A DNA stretch of 64,000 bases. It comes from Scenedesmus sp. PABB004 (lineage: Eukaryota). Location of the stretch: NCBI GenBank assembly GCA_014905635.1, contig JABVCE010000011.1, forward strand, positions 496,001-560,000. The letters run 5' to 3'. The translations under genes and the position numbers were made by a program. Below are positions 24,380 to 35,419 of this stretch, in pieces (the first letter of the stretch is position 1; each line of letters opens with the position of its first letter). The notes below the pieces were generated by a model. That model made no database searches. It worked only from the letters and a program-made list of their open reading frames with translations, and was not told where the DNA came from.

Positions 24380-26737
24380 ATGGCGGCAGCAGCAGCACGG
24401 CCCGAGGTGCGCCGCGGCCCCGCCCCGCTCAGCCAGGCGGCGCCCGCGCGCCATGGCACCCCGGCGCGCCGCACCGGCGGCCGCGGCGGGCCCGCGGCGC
24501 GACGGCGCGGGCGCCGCCGCCGCCGCCGCGCGCAGGCGCCCGCCGCCGACTCGCCGGCGTCGGGCTTCTACTGCAGCACCAGCGGCACCTACTTTGCGGA
24601 CAAGGAGAGCCTGGCTGAGCACTACAAGTCCGACTTTCACCGCTACAACCTCAAGCGCAAGGCGCGGCGGCAGCGCGGCGCGGCCGGCGGCGGCGGTGGC
24701 AGCGCGGCGCGGCCATGCATGCAGCCGCCGCCGTGCATGCGGCCAACCCCGCCGCCGCCGACGAACCGCGGCCAGGTCGCGGGGCTGCCGCCGGTGACCA
24801 AGGACTGGTTTGAGGCGCGCAAGGCGCAGCTCTCGAGCGCCGCGGCGGCGCCGGCGGCGGGCGCGGTCTGGCTCGACCCGCTGACAAAGCGCAAGTTCCA
24901 GAGCCATCAGACCTACCAGGTGCGGTGGCGTGCGCGCATGCCCGTCGCAACCGTGGCGCCCGCGCTGCAGGCCCCCGCCCGCGGCGAGGCGCCGCAGGGC
25001 GCGTGGACGTCAGCAGCGCGCCGACGCGCAGCGGCCGCCGCCGCCGCCGCCGCCGCGCCCCCCGCACCCAGGCGCACGTGCGGTCGAAGAAATATGCAGA
25101 GCTGGTGCGCGCCAGCGGCGCGCCCGCGCCGCCGCCGGTGGTCATGCTGAAGCAGCAGGCGGAGCAGCCGGCCGGCGCCGAGGGTGAGGGCGCGCTGGCG
25201 CGCCGCGCGGCAGCCCCGCGCCGCGCAGGCGCCCCGCGGCGCGCCGCAGCCGCCCGCTGCGCGCCGCCCGCCGACCGCCGACCGCCGGCCGCGCCGCGGG
25301 CCGCCGCGCAGGCGCGCCGGCCGGCGGCAGCAGCAGCAGCAAGCCGGCCGGCTTCACAGTCACGCCGCCGCACCGCTCGGCGGCGGCGGGCAGCGGCAGC
25401 GACGCGTCTGACGACGACGACGGCTCCGGCTCGGGCTGGGAGACCGCCTCCGACGACGACGACGACGGGGCGCCGAGCGGCGGCGCCGCCGCCGCGGTGC
25501 GCAGCCGGGCCGCGGCGGCGGCCGCGCGGCGGTGCGCCGCCGCGGCCGACGGCGGCGCCGCGTCGTCCGACGGCGCCGGCGACGACGACGAGGCCGCGTG
25601 GGAGGAGTGGGACGTGTGCGTGAGCCTGTTTGACAACCGGCGCAGCGCCAGCCTGCAGGCAAACCTGGAGTACATGTGGCGCGCGTACGGCTTTGTGCTG
25701 CCCGACTCGGAGGCCCTCGCCGACCCGGAGGGCCTCATCAAGTACCTCGGAGCAAAGCTGCAGTACGGCCGGGTGTGCGCCGCCGCGCCGCCGCGCCGCC
25801 GCCACGCCGCCGCGCCGCCGCGCGCGCCCGCCCGCTCCCACGCGGCTGCGGCCGCCCGCCGCCAAGCCTCGCGCTCGCGCTCACGCTCACCCACGCCGCT
25901 CCCTCGCTCCCTCGCTCCCTCGCTCCCTCGCTCCCTTCGCTCCCTCGCTCCCTCGGCCCCCCTCGCTCCCTCGCTCGCTCCCTCGGCCCCCCCTCGCCAG
26001 GTCCCGCTGTACACGCCCGGCGACGACGCGTCGGCGCGGCAGTTCCGCTCGCTGCACGCGGTGCAGCGGCACATGGTCGACACCAACCAGTGCAAGCTCG
26101 CGTGGGAGGGCAACGAGGAGGAGTACGAGGACTTTTATGACTACTCACGCGTCGAGGGTGCGACAGCCGCAGTGTGTGCACTGGGATCAGCGCGCGCGCG
26201 CGCGCGCGTTTGCGGGGGCGCGGCGCCAGGCGGGCCCGGCGGCCGCGGGCTGGGCGCCGGGGGGCCCGCGCGCCCCGCGCCCACGCGCCCACACGCGCGC
26301 GCGCACGCCCCGCGCCGCCGCGCGCAGACGCGGACGGCGGCGCCGAGGGGGGCGAGGGCCTCGCGCTCGCGCTCGGCGGGCTGTCGCTCGGCGGCGGCGG
26401 CGGCGGCGGCGCGGGCGGCGGCGGCTGGGAGCTGTCGGTCGGCGGCGGCGGCGGCGCCGGCGGCGGCGGCGGCGCCAAGGCGCTGGGCTCGCGCGAGCTC
26501 GCACGCTACTACCGGCAGCGCCCGCGGCCGCAGGACGCGCGGCAGAGCGTGGCCGCCAACGCGGTCGTCGCGCAGTACCGCGCGCTCGGCGTGGCGACGG
26601 CCGGCGGCGCCGCGGCGCGGCCGCCGGAGGGCGTCAAGCGCGCGCAGCGCGCGCTCGACCGCCAGCGGCGCTCGTGGCTCAACCTGGCGATGCGCACCAA
26701 CGTCAACAACAACCTGCCCAACAACGTGCCGTACTGA
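24380..26737 (+). CDS. REI1: Cytoplasmic 60S subunit biogenesis factor REI1/ZNF622-like; 7 exons
   Basis: HYKSDFHRYNLKRKVAGLPPVT, NLEYMWRAYGFVLPD...DPEGLIKYL, FRSLHAVQRHMVDTNQCKL, LGSRELARYYRQRP, NLPNNVPY*. One GC donor at 24662. Confidence 0.95.
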
Positions 26738-27298
26738 GGCGGGGCGGCACGGTGCGGCACGGCGTGGGGGCGCGACCGGCGGCGTGCGCGTGCGCGGCGT
26801 GCGCAGCGGGCGAGCGCGCGGCTGGTGGCGGGCGCGCGCGGAGCGCTGCGCGCGGAGCGCCGCCGCGCGGGAGCTGGTGTGCGTGATGTGGATGCGTGGG
26901 CTGCGGGCGAGCTGCCGCGAGGGCAGCTCTGGGCGCCGCCGAGTTGGCGTTGGAATCGCGGCGCGAGCCCGCCGCGCAGAGACCTGCGGCGCGATGCGCC
27001 GTGCAGGACTGCCCGCGCCGCCGGGTGGCAGTCTATAACCACGTTGGCCCCTCGAACGGCGCCGCGCAGCGACCGCGCGAGACGGGGGCGAATTCCGGTG
27101 CCCGGCAGCGGTCCCGGGCAGCTTTTCGAGCCCTGCTGGTTGCCGCCATTCCGCCCGCTCGCCGTCCGTCAAGATCGCGGCTCGCGCCGGCTCGCGCAGG
27201 CTTTGTGCCGCACAGCAGCAGCAGCCGGCGTCGCGGCGGCCGTGCGCGCTGCACGGCTGGCCCGCGAGCGGCGCAGCCGGCGTGTTGTGCGCGTAGGG

Positions 27299-28962
27299 AT
27301 GCAATGCTCACGCCCGGCCATCGCGGCGCTGCTTTTGCTGCTCGCCTGTGCTGGTGCGTGCGCTCGCCCGGGGCGAGCCCGGCACGCGCCCGTCGCCCGC
27401 CCCGCGGCCTGCTAATGCGCGATCACCCCGCCCTGTCTCCCGCAGGCGTGAGCGCGTCGCAAGCGACGGCGGCAGCGACGGCGGCAGCGGCAGCAGCGGC
27501 GGCGGCGGCGGCAGCAGCGCGCGGCTCGGGCTCGGGTGACGCCGATGCAGACCCTGCTCGCCGGGCGGCGGCCAACCCCGCGCTGTGCCAGCCGCCGGGT
27601 GAGACCCGCGCGCGCGGCCCCGTCCGCCGCCGCGCCGCGCCGCGCGCCTCCGCGCGCCGCCGCTCACACCGCCGCGGCGTGCGCGCAGACAACCCCTGGC
27701 CGGCGCCGCGCGGCGTGCTGGTGCCGCCGCTGCCGGCCGGCGCGCGGGCGCCCAACTTTATCGTCGTGCTGACCGACGACCAGGGCTGGGACGACATCGG
27801 GCTCAACAACCCGCGCTACGTCGACACGCCGCACCTGGACGCCTTAATCGCGCGGTCAACGCTCTTTTCAAACTACTACGTCGCGCCCGAGTGCGCCCAG
27901 ACGCGCGCGTCGCTGCTCACGGGCCGCCACCCCGCGCGCGGGGGCACGCTGCGCACCAACAGCGGCTGGGACTTCCTGTCGCCGACCGAGACGACGCTCG
28001 CAAAGGTGCTGGCCGACCGCGGCTACGCGACGGCCCACTTTGGCAAATGGCACAACCAGGATGTGAGCAGCGGGGCGCGCGCGCGCCAGCCGCCCGCCGG
28101 CGCTCGTCGCACGCAGGCGCTCGCCGCCCCCTCCCGTGCGCTCACCGCTCGTCGCCCTCTGCGCCGCGCAGGTTCAGGGCTATGAGCCCTGGCGCGTCGG
28201 CTTCCAGGAGAGCTGGGACGGGCCAAAGGACTTCAGCCCCCGCAGCGTGCCCACCAAGAGCAGCGGCGGCAGCACGGCGCCGCCCGACCAGTCGCCTGAG
28301 CCGCTGCCGGAGCAGTCGCCGGAGCCGCTGCCGGAGCAGTCGCCGGAGCCGCTGCCGGGGGAGTCGCCGGAGCCGCTGCCCGAGGCGCCGCAGGAGCAGG
28401 GCCCGGCCAGCTACCTCTTGCGGTGAGCCCGGCGCGCCCGCCCACCGCCGGCCGCCCACGGCGCAGCAGCTGGATGCCTCCCACGCCGCCGCGCGTGCCG
28501 CTCCCCGCCGCGCCGCGCCGCGCCGCAGCGCCAACGGGGAGTACTGGCTGGACGGCGAGGGCGGCGCGCCGCGCGCGGCGGCGAGCGACGACGCGAGCGT
28601 CGACGCGGGCGCCGATGCCCCGGGCGCCAACGCGACGGGCGGCGTCAACGTGACGGTCACGGTCAACGCGACGGGCGGCGTCAACGCGACCGCGGGCACG
28701 GGGCCGCGCGCGGGCGTGACGCCGCGGCACTTCATCGGCGCGCTGGACGAGGCGCTGAACGACCGCCTCACGCGCTTTCTGCGCCGCCAGTCGGTGCTGC
28801 GCAACGGGGTGCCGATGGCAAAAAAGGCGCAGCCGTTCTTCGTCTTCTACGCCCCACACACCATCCACACGTGCGCGCGCCGGGGGCATGGCCTGACTCG
28901 CCAGCCCCGGGCAGCCGGGCCCCGCGCCGGGCCGCGCCGCCGCGCACACGCGCCGCCGCCCA

Positions 28963-29001
<39 letters not shown>

Positions 29002-29477
29002 GGCGCGCCCGCGCCCCGCCCTGCGCAGGCGCGAGGCGTGGCAGCGCCGCGCGGCGACGCGTAACTACCCGGACTCGTACAAGGCGCAGTTCAGGGGCCC
29101 GCGCTTTGCCGGCGTCCCGGACGACACGCTCGACGCGTGGGCGGCGCTCAAGTACATGGACGATCTGCTGGTGCGGGGGCTTAGGGGTTGAGGCGCCCCC
29201 ACGCGGCGCGGCGCGCCGCCGGTGGCCCGCGCGCCCCGGCGCCCGCCGCGGCGGGGACGGGAGCCGGCCCCCGCGCGCCGCGCGCCGCGCGCCGCGCGCC
29301 GCAGGGCCGCCTGCTTGACTACGTGGCGTCCGGCCCGAACGCCAACAACACCTACATCTTCCTGTCGAGCGACAACGGCGCGCAGCTGCTCGGCAGCGAG
29401 CGCTCGCCGGCGGGCAGCACGGTGGGCGTGCGGCGCGGGCGCGCGGCTGGGGCGCGCGGCGCCGCCGCGCCACGCCA

Positions 29478-29514
<37 letters not shown>

Positions 29515-31107
29515 GCCGCCGCCGCCGCCGCCGGACCTCACGCGCGCGCCGCCACGCTCCGCCGCCGCCGCGGCAGGCGCGCATGCCGAGCCGCATGCAG
29601 GGCTACAAGCACTTTGTGTCTGAGGGAGGCATCCGCAACTTCCTGGCCGTCGCGGGGCCGGGCATCGAGGCGGGGCGCATCGACAGCACGCTGCTGAGCA
29701 TGGCCGACATCCTGCCCACGGTTGCCGACCTCGCGGGCGTGCCGCCCGAGGCCACGGCGCCGCTGCGCCTCGACGGCGCGAGCTTCCACAACCTCCTGCT
29801 CACGGGGCGCCGCGGCGTGCCCAAGTACGCGCAGCGCGGGCAGTTTCGCGCGACCGAGGCGCAGCGGAAGCGCATGGTCTTCAGCCTCGGGCCGTACTGC
29901 TGGGACGCGGATGCTGTGCCGGAGCTCGGCCCCGACAGGCGCGCGCGCGCGCGCGCGCGCGGGCGGCGCACGCCGGCCGCGCTGCCGCCGCGCGTGCCGC
30001 GCGCGCCGCGGGCGTGCCGGCGGGCCGCCGACCCGCCCCCGCCGCCGCGCCGCGCCGCGCGCGCGGCCCAGCAGGCAGGTGATCAAGCCCCAGCCGCTGC
30101 TGGACTATGACACCGGCGGCATGCGCATGACCGTCGATGGCCCCCGCCTCGGCCTGGGCTGGGAGCGCTGCATCGCTGTGCGCCACATGCGCTACAAGTG
30201 GGTCGGCGAGACGCAGAAGCTCTACAGGTTTGAGAACCACTCGCACGTGGAGGGCCCCTGCAGCGAGGTCCCCGCGGCCGAGGCGGCGCCGATCATCGCC
30301 ACGCTCCGCGCCGCGGCGCGCGCGTGGTGGGACTCGGTCGTGGCCGAGCCGCAGAGCTTCGTCAAGCCGACCTTTTTCCTCGGCCTCCCCTACGGCGCCG
30401 TCACCAACGTGCTCGCCGCGGGCGCGCACGAGCGCACGCCGGGGCGGGTGCGGCTCGTCGCCAACGGCGCCACGGGGTTCCGCGACCCCGGGGACCGCGT
30501 GTGCTTCCGGCTGCAGGTCGCGGCGCCGGGGACGTACGACTGGAGCGTGTTTTACACGAGCGCGCTCGGCGCAACGATGCGGCTGTCCGTGGGGCCGTTT
30601 GCAGACGTCACCGCCGGCACGGCGCCGTCCGTCACGGCGGACCTGCCGGCCAACGTGCGCCGCGGCCGCCCGCTGCTGCGCACGCGGCCCGCCAATGGCG
30701 GCGCTCCCCCTGCCCCTGGCCCCGCAGCTGCACCGACCTCCCGGCTGCCCCGGGATCGCCGCCCTGCTCGCCGCCCGCAGTTTGACCACATGGTGGGGCG
30801 CTCGCTGGGCCGCCTGGTGCTGCCGGCGTCGGGGGACGCCGCCGACGAGGCCTGCCTGGAGCTGGTGGACTCCAGGTCGTCGGGCAAGGCTGTGTTCAAG
30901 CTGCTCGGAGCGCTGCGCGTCACGCTGGTGCCGGACGGCACCGCTGCCGCCGCGGCGCCTGCGGTCGTCGGCCGCGACGCGGCGGCCTGGGACGAGCTGC
31001 GCCAGCGCTTTGCGATGCCCGCCGGGCAGGGCGTGATGCAGAGCCTTTACTCGCCGTACGCCACGGAGGACCTGGGTGACTGCGCCGTCTGCAAGCCAGA
31101 CGTCTGA
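27299..31107 (+). CDS. Secreted arylsulfatase (formylglycine-dependent S1 family) with a C-terminal CBM-like beta-sandwich; ~10 exons
   Basis: Signal peptide; PNFIVVLTDDQGWDDIG, TPHLDAL, CAQTRASLLTGRHP, GYATAHFGKWH, QPFFVFYAPHTIH, NTYIFLSSDNG, GYKHFVSEGGIR, ADILPTVADLAG..LDGASF; C-terminal GFRDPGDRVCFRLQVAAPGTYDWSVFY. Confidence 0.92.
28289..28384 (+). repeat. Coding minisatellite, 4 x 24 bp (QSPEPLPE) inside the sulfatase
   Basis: cagtcgcc(t/g)gagccgctgccggag units at 28289, 28313, 28337 and 28361. Confidence 0.9.
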
Positions 31108-31798
31108 CGCGCGGCGTCTGGCGCTCGCGACAGCGAACCTGCTGCCGCGGCGGCCGGGGCGGCCCTGTGCTGCCCTCGCCGGGCGCGTGCGCGGGCGGTC
31201 GGGATGCTGCGGCAATCGCCCGACATGGACGAGCAGTCGCGTGGAGGGGGCGTGATGTTCTTTGGGAGGGGCTGTGACCCGCTGAGGAGGCGGTTGACCC
31301 ATTGGCAGCAGCACTGGCAGCGTTTACATGCGCGTTTTTATTGGCACTGACGCGGCTGCGGCGGGACGCGAGCATGCTGACCGCACCCTCGACCTCTCGA
31401 CAAACACCACCGCGGCCGGTCGCCGCATCGCACGCACTGCATGCCTGGATGGGCCGCACCAGCCTGAATCGCTGGGACGGCGCAACGGCGGCCGGAGAGC
31501 GCTCTTTGCCCGCGGCCGGAGCGCTCTCCGCACATGCCGCGCAGCAGGTATTGGTGTCGCGCGGGAGGGCGCAGCGCTGCAGGCAGCGCGCGCTAGCCTC
31601 GGCCGACATGCAGGGTGTGCGGGCTGGGGGAGTGATTGCTGTTAACCCTGTTGGAGCTGCTGCTGCACCTGGCCAGGCTGAGAGAGCCGTTGCACAACAG
31701 CGACAGAGCCGCAGCGCGTGTCTCAGCGCCGCCGTGCGTCAGTCAGGCGCCCCGCTTCTGCGCCAGCTGCGCCTGCAGCGCTTGCACCTGCTCGGGCG

Positions 31799-33327
31799 TC
31801 ACGCGCCCGGCAGCGCGCTCGCGGGCTTCGGTGGCGCCGCCGGCTGCTGCCCAGGCTCCGGCTTGACCTCCTGGCCCGGCGGCGCCTGCGCCTGCTCCCG
31901 CTGCTGCTGCTGCTGCTGCCCTGGCTCCGGCTTGGCGCCGCTCTGCTGCGCCGCCTGCTCGCCGGGCTCTGCCTTGGGCTGTGCCGCCGCCGGCGCCGCG
32001 TCGCCGCGCGCCGCCGCGCGCGCCGCGAGCGCCACCACGCGCGCGGCCTGCCGCGCCGCCTCGGCGTCGTCGTCGGCGGGGTCGTGCGGCTCAAGCCGCG
32101 GCACGCCGCGCCGCGGCTCGCCGGGCGCCTGCGGCTCGCGCCGCACGCGCTTTGACGGCCGCACCAGCTCCACCTCCTCCGGCGCCTCCCGCAGGTCCTG
32201 CCGCCCGCGGCGCCGGCGGCGGACGCCGCTCAGCGCGGGTACACACGTGCCCCCCCCCACACGCACACACAGCCACGGCGCGGCGCGGCGCGCCCGGCCC
32301 GCGCGCCCCGCCGCGCGCCGCACCTGCTGTACCTCGTCCAGGCGCGCCTGCAGGCTGCCGCGGATCGCGCCGTACCAGTCGGCGCCGAGCCCCACGTCGG
32401 CGCACACGCGCATCGCGTACGCGTCGCTCGTGTTCTGCGGGTTGCCCACATCCCACAGCAGCTCGTCCCGGAACACCTGGTCGCCCAGCCGCGCGCGCAG
32501 CTGCGCAGCGGCGGCGGCGGCGGCGGTGCCCGTCGGCCCGCGAGCGCGCCGTTGGCCCGCGCGCGCCGCGCACGGGCGCGCGGCGCGCGCCCGCGCACCG
32601 TCAGCGCCACGAGCTGCGCGGTGCCGGGGTCGGCCCAGGCCTTGTAGGGGCGCAGCCCCGAGTTGATCTGATCCTCGACGAGCCTGGGCCGGGGCAGAGG
32701 TGCGGCGCTCAGACGCCCGGCGCGCGGCGCCCCCTGCTGCCGCGCGGCCGCGGCGGCGCGGGCGGCGCGGCCAGGGCGCGGGCGGCGGCGCGGCCGCGGC
32801 GCGGGCGGGCGGCGCCTCTCTCACTTCTCGTGCGCGCCGGTGAGGCCGGTCTCCAGGATGAAGCGTGACGTCGCGGGCTTGACCGACCAGCGGGCGTCTG
32901 CGGCGCGGCGGCGCGCGGCGGTGGGCGGCGGGCGCCGGCGGCGCGCTGCGGCAGCCAGGATCTGCGCGCCGCGCGCCGCGCTCTGCGCGCCGCTGCCCCG
33001 GGCGCGCCGCCGCACCTCCCAGGCGATACAAAAACATCTGCGCCAGCGGCAGCGGCGGGGCGCGGCGACAGCGCGTGGGCGGCGGTCGTTTCGCGGCCGG
33101 CGCAGCCGCCGCCGCCGCGCGCAGCGGCCCCCCACCTCGCGCAGCGCCTCCTGCGGCTCGGGGCGGTCCACGCCGATGTAGATGGGCACCAGCGGCACGG
33201 CGGGCGGCGCGTCGCGCTCCGGCGCCGGCCGCCCCGCCTTGGCGTGCGCGAGCGCGGTGATGCGCTCCACGAAGGCCCGCGCCGAGCGCGGGCCCGGCCC
33301 GGGGGCGCCCGGCGGGGGCGCCTCCAT
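31799..33327 (-). CDS. Divergent SNF5/SMARCB1 (BSH-like) repeat-domain protein; 6 exons
   Basis: LVPIYIGVD....ALREMFLY (degenerate repeat 1) and LRARLGDQVFRDELLWDVGNPQNTSDAYAMRVCADVGL...AIRGSLQ (repeat 2, matching the DQF.WD..N....PE.FA...C.DLGL pattern). Exact 3' end uncertain. Confidence 0.65.
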
Positions 33328-33661
33328 CGCGGCCGGCCGGGCTCTCGCTGCCGCTGCTGTCGCCGCTGCTGCTGCACGCGCCGGCGGCGGCGACGGTGCC
33401 TGCTGTGGATTGCGGTGGGAGGCAGACGAGCGCGGGCAGACTGGCGCAGGGAGCTGGAGGGCCTGCAGCTCAAGAACCCGAGCTCGCTTCAACCACTGCG
33501 CCGCTCTGCCGCTGGCTGCAAGAGCCTCCCCTCTGCCGCTGACCCCCGTTCCCCACTCCCAGCGCGTGGCCGGCCTCGCCGCTGTCAGATCAGCCGGCGC
33601 TCGGCGTCCAGCGCCCAGCTCGGGCCGGCGCGGCGCGGCGCGCGGCGGCGAGCACGCGAGG

Positions 33662-34937
33662 ATGGAGCAGCCCCCCGCCCACCAGCCCCGGCCGAGCCTG
33701 GTGCTGGCGACGCACACCGTGGACGCAGCCACCGCCAAGGTGAGCACAGCAGCAGGCGCAGGCAGGAAGAGAAATGGTGCCTTCGCGCGGCGCTTGAACG
33801 CTGCGCGCCGCCGCTGCTCGCGCGCGGCGCCGCGCCGCGCCGCAGGTACCGTTCGCGCTCATCCTGCTGCTGGACTTTGCCAAGCGCAAGGCCACGCCGC
33901 CGGGCTGCCGGTGCCGCATGGTCATCCCCAGCGACGGCCTGACCTCGGTGTCGCTCTGGGACACGCTCGACGCGCCGGCGCTCGCGCGCTGGCTCAACGA
34001 AAACCTCGGCGCCGACTGCCGCACCGAGCTGGCCGAGGCGCGCCGCGCGCGCTGCGCCACACCGCGCCCGCGCCGCGCCCGCCGCCGCGCCCGCCGCCGC
34101 GCCCGCCGCCGCCCGCCCGAGCGCACGCGCGCAGGCGCGCGCCCCGCCGCGCCGAGCCCGCCGCCCGCGGCTCCTGCTCGCGCAGGTGCAGGAGGACTTC
34201 ACGTATGGCCTTGCCCTGGAGCTGGCGCGCGTGCGCGCGACGGAGAAGGTCGCGGGCGCGCTGGGCGAGCGCACGAGCCGCGCCGCAGAGGCGGTCAACG
34301 CGGCGGTGGGCTCGACGCAGCAGCGGGTGCGCCGCGGCCGGCCGCCGCACCGCGGCGGCGGCGCTGCCATGCGGCGGAGCGCGCGGGCGCGGGCGCGCGC
34401 TCACGGCCGCGCCCGCGCGGCGCCGCCGCGCGCAGCTGGAGGCGTGGGACCAGCGCACGGGCGTGCTGACGGGCGCCATCGAGACGGGCGCGGCGCTGCA
34501 GCAGCGCGTCGTCGGGGCAATGCAGAACGAGCGCGTGCAGAGCGTCGTCGCCAACGTCGGCGCGGGCGTCTCTACCGGCTGGTGCGCTCTCATGCGTGCC
34601 GCGCCGCGCCGCCGCGCTGCGCCGCGCCGCGCCGCGCCGACCGCCGCGCGCGCCCTGCCGCTGGCGGCCGCCGCGCCCACCGCACGCCGACCGCGCGCGC
34701 CTGCCGCGCAGGGCGAAGGTCAGCAGCTGGGTGGGGTCACGCATCCAGGAGATGCACCTTCCTGACGACGCTGACTACAACTACAACCAGGCGAGGCACC
34801 CGGGGGGAGGCAGCCTGCGCTCGCCCGCGCGCGCGCGGCGGCCGGCGCCGACGCCGCGCGCCACACCTCCGCCCGCAGGGCTACGCGCCGCCGGCGCCGC
34901 AGCAGTCATACGGCGGGCAGCAGCCGCTGCCGCCGCC

Positions 34938-34976
<39 letters not shown>

Positions 34977-35348
34977 CGGCGGCGGCGACGCCGGCGACAG
35001 GTGCGCGGCGCGCGCGCCTGGCAGGCCGGGCAGGCGGGCGCAGCGCACGGCCGGCTGAGCCCTACCGACCCCCCCCCCCCCTGACCTGCTCCCAGGCCGC
35101 TGGTGTTCACCGACTCGATGCTGGCGGACCCGCTGGACTCGCCGCGCGCCAGCACGACGCCCGCGCCCGCGGCGGCTGGCGCGCCCCCCGCGGCGCGCCC
35201 GCCGGCGGCGCGTGAGCGGGCGTGCGCGGCGGGGGGGGGGGGGGGGTCAGCTGTGCGGTGCAAGCGAGCGTGCGCGCGTGGTGCTGGCCTAAATCCTAAA
35301 CCCCTGGAGGGGGTGAATAAATGGGTTGCAACGCTGACGGCCGTGTAA
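33662..35348 (+). CDS. Hypothetical protein, 7 exons, helical middle and poly-Q; 3' end uncertain (may end at TGA 35213-35215 if a homopolymer is miscalled)
   Basis: Consistent spliced frame MEQPPAH...|VPFALILLLDFAK...|VQEDFTYGLALEL...|LEAWDQRTG...|AKVSSWVG...; GC donors at 34038 and 34791; TGTAA at 35344. Confidence 0.7.
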
Positions 35349-35419
35349 AAAGCTGACTCTGCCGCTGCCTGGCCTGGCCCCCGTCCCCTGATCACCCCAC
35401 CTCACGCCCGAGCTCACGG

